Positions 57,504 through 64,000 of a DNA stretch of 64,000 bases are shown here, one piece after another. The stretch lies in the sequence record DRR378314_1513. One strand, written 5' to 3'. Below the pieces are notes generated by a model that worked only from the letters and a program-made list of their open reading frames with translations, was not told where the DNA came from and ran no database searches. A program made the translations under genes and the position numbers. The stretch's first letter is position 1; each line of letters opens with the position of its first letter.

Positions 57504-59828
57504 TTACGCCGTGAACAATTCCTTGCGGATAATGGCATGGACTCCCCAGTTCCCATTGACGACCTGAGTAATCCCGAAATCCACGCCGACAGAGAGCAGC
57601 GAGATCGCCTCATCTTCATCAAGGTCGCGTGCGGTCATCAGGAAACGACGCGCTTTGCGGAACGCATCCCGCATGGCCAGATCAATTGAAGACTTCTTGT
57701 AGATGTCACTCTGTGCAGATGCCCCAAGCTCTTTGAGATAGTTCGGATGGCTAAAGCCGAAGATCACCCATTCGTCCCGGGTTTCCAGAAGAGGATAATC
57801 GAGATCCCGGATATGCCCTCTCTTGTCGCTCGCCCGATGCAGAATAGGCTGGATAAGCGCTGTCATTGAACACTCGATTGCCGTCCCACACAGCTCCGAG
57901 TCTCCTTGCGACGCATGCGGATCGCCAAGGGACAACAGCGCACCCGCCACGCCGACAGGGAGAAACAGGCTGGACCCCGGCGCAATACGCCAATTGTCGA
58001 GATTGCCTCCGAAATTGCCTGGCGGAATGGAGTCGACCAGTTTGGATTGCGGCGGAGCAACACCAATCACTCCAAAATGCGGACGCACCGGAATCTCGAT
58101 GTTGCGGAGGACATCGTAGTTTTTCTTGATCGTGCTCGTGTCCACAGGCAAGCCGGGATAATCGTACAATTCATGCACAATACCAAACGGATCTGTCTGA
58201 GGGGTCCAGCGATAATTGTAGACAGCACGTGCACAGGACCGCCCCATCTCGCTCTCGACTTCATAAATGGTAATGACTTCGCGTTGTTTCGGTTCCGTCA
58301 GAAGATCATTATACTGAAATCCCCAATACGCTGCAGCATTGCTGCCGAATGACTGCCCCGCATATTTCGGGTTCCCGCTGGTCCGCGGCTTCAGTTCCAG
58401 AATACGGATCTCGACAATGTCATTCGGCTCTGCCCCCGCGATCTCGATCGGGCCAGTGCAGATATGAACACCAAAGCCCTCACCCGCGCCGCGCCCTGTT
58501 GAGGAAGACGAATCCAGAGCGCCCGCCCCTCGGCGGTTGATGGTTTTACCCTCCGGAGTCCAGCGATAGATATCCTCAATCGCCGGGTCTCCCATGACCA
58601 TACGCTCATGGTCGTCATTCGCATGATGCGTCAGGGTTTCAACCGTCACATAATCCCCGGACTCCACAGTCAGAACGGGCTTCAGGGAACTGCTGAAATG
58701 CCCCCAATGAATGGTTTCAGGCGTAACCGGCAAATAGTGATGCCGGGCTCCATGCTGGACCGGAACGCGCGGCAGATCCGATACGTCAGAAGTTTCCTGT
58801 TCGATGTCATCCAGCATCTCGTCAGCCTGGGATTCGATCGCCTGATCTTTCGCTGTCGGCGGCCGCCCCCGTTGCGGGGCTTCGGCTTGCGCTTCTTCCT
58901 CTTGCGGTGCCCTGCGATACTCACGCGGGCTCATCCCGTACTGTTCTCGAAACGCTCGGCTGAAAGACGCGCTATCGTTGAAGCCCCACTGAAACAATAT
59001 GTCCGAGATGGAACGCTGTGCATGTAACGGGCTACGAAGATCCAGCCGGCACCGCTCCAACCGCCTGAGTTTCACAAAATGACCGAAACTATCCCCAACA
59101 GATTCGAACAATTTCTGAAGGTAGCGCGGTGAGATATTGTGTTCCTTGGCGACCTGATGAAGATTCAAGTCTGGATCACTCAAACGCATCTCGATGGTCT
59201 GGAAAATTCGCTCCAGCAACGCCGCCCGGACGCCGGCCGCGCCGCCCAACTCTTTGGTAGAAGCTTCGCTCATAAGCGCCGTGGAAATGAATTCAGGCAG
59301 CGCCACTTCAATGGGACGCATCTGGTCATCGTCGACATCCATGATCGTGTCGGCGACAGATCGCAACAATCCTGACAACATGCGCCCAACGCCTGTTTCA
59401 GAGACAAGATTGGAGATGTCAGCTTGCGGCTTTGAACGCAGACGCAGCGCCGGATGCGTGACCGGCACCTGAACCATCAAGAAGCGATTGTCTCGCTTGA
59501 AATCGAGCGTGACATCCAGATCGCCAATCCCATAAACGATGTCGCCCTCGGAGACATCGATAGAGTTGGTTTCCGTTTTGGCGACGAGGTCACCTTCCAG
59601 CAGCATTATCAACCAGAATTGGGAGGGCCCCTGCGACAGATCCAGACGCATGACGTGTTCAGTAGATGTAATGCGGACAAATGTGAAATCCTGCGCACTT
59701 CGGTAGCTGACCAGCTCGCCATACAGCTCTCCCTCATGCTCCAGAAGCTCCATGGAAAATCGCTGCAATGCGAAATGCCAGGCGTCCTTCCGCTGCTCTT
59801 TCGGATACGCATTGGTTGTAAACTGCAC
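57504..59828 (-). CDS. Fusion of an AraC regulator (cupin + double HTH) and an acetamidase/formamidase (FmdA/AmdA) domain
   Basis: Single 774-aa ORF. Residues ~1-307 are AraC (ISPRYLQKLF, WGFNDSASFSRAFR). Acidic linker follows. Residues ~363-774 are amidase (TIHWG, HICTGP, GGNLD, GDPHASQGDSELCGTAIE). Confidence 0.88.
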   Translation of the reverse strand: MQFTTNAYPKEQRKDAWHFALQRFSMELLEHEGELYGELVSYRSAQDFTFVRITSTEHVMRLDLSQGPSQFWLIMLLEGDLVAKTETNSIDVSEGDIVYGIGDLDVTLDFKRDNRFLMVQVPVTHPALRLRSKPQADISNLVSETGVGRMLSGLLRSVADTIMDVDDDQMRPIEVALPEFISTALMSEASTKELGGAAGVRAALLERIFQTIEMRLSDPDLNLHQVAKEHNISPRYLQKLFESVGDSFGHFVKLRRLERCRLDLRSPLHAQRSISDILFQWGFNDSASFSRAFREQYGMSPREYRRAPQEEEAQAEAPQRGRPPTAKDQAIESQADEMLDDIEQETSDVSDLPRVPVQHGARHHYLPVTPETIHWGHFSSSLKPVLTVESGDYVTVETLTHHANDDHERMVMGDPAIEDIYRWTPEGKTINRRGAGALDSSSSTGRGAGEGFGVHICTGPIEIAGAEPNDIVEIRILELKPRTSGNPKYAGQSFGSNAAAYWGFQYNDLLTEPKQREVITIYEVESEMGRSCARAVYNYRWTPQTDPFGIVHELYDYPGLPVDTSTIKKNYDVLRNIEIPVRPHFGVIGVAPPQSKLVDSIPPGNFGGNLDNWRIAPGSSLFLPVGVAGALLSLGDPHASQGDSELCGTAIECSMTALIQPILHRASDKRGHIRDLDYPLLETRDEWVIFGFSHPNYLKELGASAQSDIYKKSSIDLAMRDAFRKARRFLMTARDLDEDEAISLLSVGVDFGITQVVNGNWGVHAIIRKELFTA

Positions 59829-60026
59829 AGACTGACTCCATTCCGCTCTCGCTCTCAGTCCTCACCCAATGTTGATCCTCGGATCGCCGCTACAGCGGTC
59901 AATGAACCCTGTATCTCACACTGCAGAACACAGGTGGCGCTGCCTGACTTTTGAGCAGCACCTACCCAATTCGCCGCCGATCGTGCCCATCTCAGCAGAG
60001 CTGACAGGGGTCAACGACGCGCAGGA

Positions 60027-61118
60027 TCAATCCGGATCTTTCACAACACCCTTCTCAGGGAAGATGTTGCGATCAATCTTGACGTGAATTCCCTGCGTCC
60101 CATCAACGACTTGCGTGATCCCGAAATCCGTCGCGACACTCATCAGGGAATAGGCGTCATTGCGGCTCAGATCCTGATGCTCGGTAAGCAAGTGGAGCAT
60201 ATCCAGGGACGCATTCTTCATCGCCTTGTTCAGGTCTTCATCGAACCCATGCACGATCCAGTGGTCAGGCGTCTCAAGCAGGGGTGACGGGAATTTGAAA
60301 TCCTTGCGCAAGACAATCTGGAACAATACATCCAGCGATGCCTCAATGGCTGTGCCACTGATCTCGCCATCTCCCTGGCTGACGTGTGGGTCGCCGATCG
60401 AGAACAGGCCACCGTTTACCTGAACGGGATAATACATCGTCGCGCCCGCGCCGATGCGCCAATTGTCAATATTGCCGCCATGCAGTCCCGGCGGAATGGT
60501 GCTGACGCGTTCATCAACGGCTGGCGCCACCCCAGCCGTGCCAAGATGGGGCCGGGCCGGCACACGAACGCCGGTCAGGGCGGGCTCTTTGTCACAATCA
60601 GGGCAATGCGTGATTGTCCCCGGAATCAGATACTTGCCTTCAAAATCATAGGCGTACAGCGCATGAGCCGTATTGGAATTCGGGTCCAGCTCGTAGATTG
60701 TTACGCGCTCTTTCTCGCCGAACTCCTGGTAGAGATGCCCCCAATTGGCGGCAAGATTCGAGCCATAATTGCATCTTGGCACCATGCGAAAATACCGAAC
60801 TTCCAGCATATCGCCTGGCTCTGCGTCTTCGACATAGATCGGCCCGGTCATGATATGCACACCGGGAGCGCGGTCTTCTGGCTTCACCCCTTCCCAGATT
60901 GCCTTGACGGTTTCATCCATCATCAGATCCGGCGCGTCGCCCGCATGGTGCGTAATTGCTTCGGCCTGAATGAGGTCGCCGCTCTTGACGTGCAAGGCTG
61001 GCTTTATGTTTGGATGGAAGTATCCCCAGTGAACCGTTTCAGGCGTCGCCTTCAGATGATGCAGATTTTCGGGCTGGACCTGAACCTTGCTTTTCCGGGT
61101 GTCTTCAATCAACGCCAT
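60027..61118 (-). CDS. Acetamidase/formamidase (FmdA/AmdA) family protein
   Basis: TVHWGYF, HIMTGPIYV-DAEPGD, GGNIDN, GDPHVSQGDGEISGTAIE, DFGITQVVD. AGGAG RBS. Confidence 0.9.
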   Translation of the reverse strand: MALIEDTRKSKVQVQPENLHHLKATPETVHWGYFHPNIKPALHVKSGDLIQAEAITHHAGDAPDLMMDETVKAIWEGVKPEDRAPGVHIMTGPIYVEDAEPGDMLEVRYFRMVPRCNYGSNLAANWGHLYQEFGEKERVTIYELDPNSNTAHALYAYDFEGKYLIPGTITHCPDCDKEPALTGVRVPARPHLGTAGVAPAVDERVSTIPPGLHGGNIDNWRIGAGATMYYPVQVNGGLFSIGDPHVSQGDGEISGTAIEASLDVLFQIVLRKDFKFPSPLLETPDHWIVHGFDEDLNKAMKNASLDMLHLLTEHQDLSRNDAYSLMSVATDFGITQVVDGTQGIHVKIDRNIFPEKGVVKDPD

Positions 61119-61177
61119 ACCTAACTCCTTGAACCAAACGCCGTGTACGAAATCTGGCTGCAAGGCCGGCACTTGGT

Positions 61178-61215
61178 CTTGTTCAAATGCGCCCAACTAG
61201 TTGCGCATGCTTGTC
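61178..61215 (-). promoter_or_regulatory. Tandem AraC-type site upstream of the amidase
   Basis: CTTG-ttcaaat-GCGCC-caacta-GTTG. Confidence 0.65.
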
Positions 61216-61322
61216 ACCCCCCTCAAATGGAGAGCAGGTTCAAGTTTGCGGTCGTCCACCAACAAGACAATCGTCACCATGTCGCCTACCAATCCCTTTT
61301 GGATCAGTATCGGGAACAGACT

Positions 61323-62147
61323 ATGCCAGAGACACCATCCACCAGAATGCCCACCTTGTTCATTCCGCATGGCGGAGGTCCCTGCTTCTTCATGGACTGG
61401 AGTCTGATGGGTGGCCCTGCCGATACGTGGGACCAGACCGCTGCATGGCTGAAGAGTATTCCGGAAAGTCTGCCCGAAAAGCCAAAAGCGCTTCTGGTGA
61501 TTTCGGCGCATTGGGAAGAAGACGAGTTCACGCTCTCGACAGCGTCGAAACCCGGCATGATCTTTGACTATTACGGCTTTCCACCGCACACTTACGAGTT
61601 GAACTATCCGGCCCCGGGCGCCCCCGAACTGGCAAAGCGAGTGTCACAGCTCATCACGCAACAAGGGTTGCCGGAGCCGCGCAACACGGATCGCGGCTTT
61701 GACCATGGCGTGTTCGTGCCGCTTCTGGTGGCATTTCCAGATGCGGACATCCCAATCCTAACTTTGTCGCTGACCAAGGATCTGTCACCGGAAAAACATC
61801 TTATCCTTGGCGAGGCGCTTTCTGCCCTAAGAGATGAAGGTGTGCTGATTATCGGCAGCGGCATGAGTTACCACAATATGCGCGCGTTTCGGACACCCGC
61901 GGCAACCGCCCCGTCAGAAGAATTTGACCACTGGCTGACGGACACAATCGAATCCGATTCAGGAGACGCGCGATGGAATCGCCTGAGCAATTGGCTGTCA
62001 GCCCCCCAGGCACGCAATTCTCACCCGAGGGAAGAACACTTCATTCCGCTAATGATTGCGGCCGGCGCAGCTCGCGATGATGCAGGGCGCAAGATTTTCT
62101 CGGACAATGTGATGAACGCCACAGTCTCCGCCTTCCAGTTCGGCTGA
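61323..62147 (+). CDS. Class III extradiol ring-cleavage dioxygenase (LigB/DODA/YgiD family)
   Basis: PTLFIPHGGGP, VISAHW, DYYGFP, RGFDHG, IGSGMSYHN, HPREEHFIPL. Confidence 0.92.
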   Translation: MPETPSTRMPTLFIPHGGGPCFFMDWSLMGGPADTWDQTAAWLKSIPESLPEKPKALLVISAHWEEDEFTLSTASKPGMIFDYYGFPPHTYELNYPAPGAPELAKRVSQLITQQGLPEPRNTDRGFDHGVFVPLLVAFPDADIPILTLSLTKDLSPEKHLILGEALSALRDEGVLIIGSGMSYHNMRAFRTPAATAPSEEFDHWLTDTIESDSGDARWNRLSNWLSAPQARNSHPREEHFIPLMIAAGAARDDAGRKIFSDNVMNATVSAFQFG

Positions 62148-62172
62148 CCCGGCCATTCGCCGGACTGGGGGC

Positions 62173-63198
62173 CTAGTCTCGCTCTCCATAGTTACGAGCG
62201 ATAATTGCGCAGACAATCAGTTGAAGCTGGTGAAATATCATCAGGGGAAGGATTATAACTCCTACCTGCGCTGGTGCAAACATCGCCGCAGCCATCGGCA
62301 CACCGCTCGCCAGGCTTTTCTTGGATCCACACATGACGAGGGTGATTTCGTTCTCTTTCGACAATCCCGTCAAATGAGCTGTCCTGCGCGTAACCAGCAG
62401 CACGACTGTCAGGACAACCGCACTCACAAGCAAGATCGTTGCGATATCCAAAGCGGACACTCTCTGCCAGATACCCTCCACCACCGCCGCGCTAAACGCC
62501 GTGTAGACGACCAACAGGATAGCTCCGCGGTCCAGCTTTGACAAAATCGCCTTGTTCCGATCAATCCAGCGTCCGATAAGAGGACGGCTGAGATGTCCGA
62601 TGATAAAGGGCGCCAAAAGCGTCAGCATGATCGAGCGCATGACGCCCAGCATGTCCCCGCCACCCGATTGCAACTCCGAACGCATGAGCAAGCCCGCGAG
62701 CAAGGGCGTGATGAAAACGCCAAGCATGTTGGATAGAGACGCCGTGCAGACTGCCGCAGCGACGTTTCCACGAGCCATTGATGTGAATGCGATAGACGAT
62801 TGCACCGTGGACGGCAGAATGGTCAGGAACAGGAAGCCCATTTTTACGCTGGGACTGATCAGCATATCGGGCAGACAGCTGACCGCGAGGCCGAGCAGCG
62901 GAAAAAGAACGAATGTGCTTGTCAGGACAAGGCCATGTAGCCGCCACGCGCCAATTCCGCCAAGAATGGCTTCGCGTGACAGTTTCGCACCGTGCATGAA
63001 GAAGAGGAGGAAAATCGCCCCCTTCGTCAACCATTCGAATCCGATCGCCACATCGCCGCGACTTGGAAGAATACTCGCGGTCACGACGACGCCAAGCAGC
63101 ACCAACGCATACGGGTCCGGCTTCAACCATTTGACCCAGCCAGAACGCGGCATCCCCTTTGGCGGGTTCGGGTCTGACGCTTCAGGGTGAGGGGACAT
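62173..63198 (-). CDS. Bile acid:sodium symporter family (YfeH-like)
   Basis: LLFFMHGAKLS, LPSTVQSSIAFTS-ARGN, CGSKKSLASG-PM, PLMIFHQLQL. Confidence 0.9.
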   Translation of the reverse strand: MSPHPEASDPNPPKGMPRSGWVKWLKPDPYALVLLGVVVTASILPSRGDVAIGFEWLTKGAIFLLFFMHGAKLSREAILGGIGAWRLHGLVLTSTFVLFPLLGLAVSCLPDMLISPSVKMGFLFLTILPSTVQSSIAFTSMARGNVAAAVCTASLSNMLGVFITPLLAGLLMRSELQSGGGDMLGVMRSIMLTLLAPFIIGHLSRPLIGRWIDRNKAILSKLDRGAILLVVYTAFSAAVVEGIWQRVSALDIATILLVSAVVLTVVLLVTRRTAHLTGLSKENEITLVMCGSKKSLASGVPMAAAMFAPAQVGVIILPLMIFHQLQLIVCAIIARNYGERD

Positions 63199-63257
63199 AA
63201 GTTCTCCGAAATCGGGTTCATCAAACCCGAATTTGAGTTGGCCAAATATCTGGATCG

Positions 63258-64000
63258 CTACTCCGCGGGTTGACGATATGGCACGTCATTCGCGTCCGCA
63301 GGCACATCAACCTGCCCCTCTTGCGCTTCCGCCGGATATGGCGGCTTCATGAACAGAACGAACATGAAGACAAGCGCGGACAGGACAGAAAGGATCAGGA
63401 AGATAAGAGAGAAACTGCCGGATACATCGCGGATGACCCCTCCGATCACCGGGCCCAGCGCGGAAATCGCCCCCGTCACACACATGGCGGAGAAAAGTTC
63501 GAGATTGTACTTTCTCCCGAAATAATTGAGCAGCAAAACGGTACACGCCAACTGGGTGGTGCCAAATCCAATCCCCGTCCCGAACGCATACAGCAACAGC
63601 ATCACATGATCGGTTGTCAGCGCGAGCACAGCGCACCCGATCATCGTCGCGAACAGCGCAAACGTCGCCAGATGCTTCGGATCGAAAATATCTCCCAACG
63701 CGCCCGAAAACCCTCGGATGAGCACAGCAATCAATGCCTCAATGCTCAGCATTCCCCCGGCCACGGTTTCGGAAACGCCGCGCTCGATCAAATGGCCCAC
63801 CGACAGGCTCGTGACTGTGACGAGACACATCATGTTGAGGCAATAAGCGGCTGCCAGGATTTTGAACTGCGTGGTCTGCATCGCCAGCTTGGCGGGCCAG
63901 TCCTTGGTGGTGCGGTAAATATTCCGCCCAAACCGCGAAGCTGGAGAGTCCGCCTGGTCGGGCATGATGACCGGAGCGGGTTCTTCCACCTCTGGAACTT
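63258..64000 (-). CDS. MFS transporter, C-terminal half (runs off the window edge)
   Basis: Six TM segments, GALGDIFDPK, LLNYFGRK, GPVIGGVIRDVSGSF. Frame is open to the window end. Confidence 0.85.
   Translation of the reverse strand, partial: VPEVEEPAPVIMPDQADSPASRFGRNIYRTTKDWPAKLAMQTTQFKILAAAYCLNMMCLVTVTSLSVGHLIERGVSETVAGGMLSIEALIAVLIRGFSGALGDIFDPKHLATFALFATMIGCAVLALTTDHVMLLLYAFGTGIGFGTTQLACTVLLLNYFGRKYNLELFSAMCVTGAISALGPVIGGVIRDVSGSFSLIFLILSVLSALVFMFVLFMKPPYPAEAQEGQVDVPADANDVPYRQPAE

Noticed and set aside
63212-63230. Small inverted repeat TCGGGTT...AACCCGA between the MFS and symporter genes
   Set aside because: Only a 7-bp stem with a weak U-tract. It cannot be distinguished from chance or a minor mRNA stabiliser.
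1-64000. CRISPR arrays, tRNA/rRNA, prophage, integrase/transposase or defence systems
   Set aside because: No repeat-spacer periodicity, structural RNA signatures or mobile/defence protein motifs were seen. Nearly all sequence is accounted for by metabolic genes.

Overview
Gene-dense 64 kb alphaproteobacterial chromosomal segment. Gene content suggests a Hyphomonas/Henriciella-like host (inference). I see no rRNA, tRNA, CRISPR array, integrase or transposase. There are four functional blocks. (1) 0.1-27.6 kb: a GntR/HutC-associated N-heterocycle catabolic island with a NicF-like amidase, two PuuE-like CE4 hydrolases, LeuCD-like hydratase, ICL-family C-C lyase, hydantoinase/oxoprolinase A+B, redox enzymes, methyltransferase, Thr/Cys racemase-fold protein, MmgE/PrpD, GabD, Fe-ADH and three permeases. 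It reads like an undescribed cyclic imide/lactam to dialkylmaleate to alkylmalate-cleavage route. (2) 27.8-38.4 kb: L-rhamnose catabolism with lldD, an MFS remnant, TetR and a membrane-anchored GH2. (3) 38.4-43.3 kb: glyoxylate shunt aceB-aceA with a RamB/ScfR regulator. (4) 43.4-64 kb: a second island with TonB receptor, MFSs, RutA/RutB-like enzymes, ribokinase, two Fe/2OG dioxygenases, Rieske oxygenase and ferredoxin. It includes an AraC regulator fused to an intact acetamidase/formamidase, with stand-alone paralogues of both halves nearby. Seven upstream regions in block 4 share a 22-bp-period tandem motif. All product calls come from motif recognition, not database searches. Start codons were adjusted by eye using RBS and gene overlaps.
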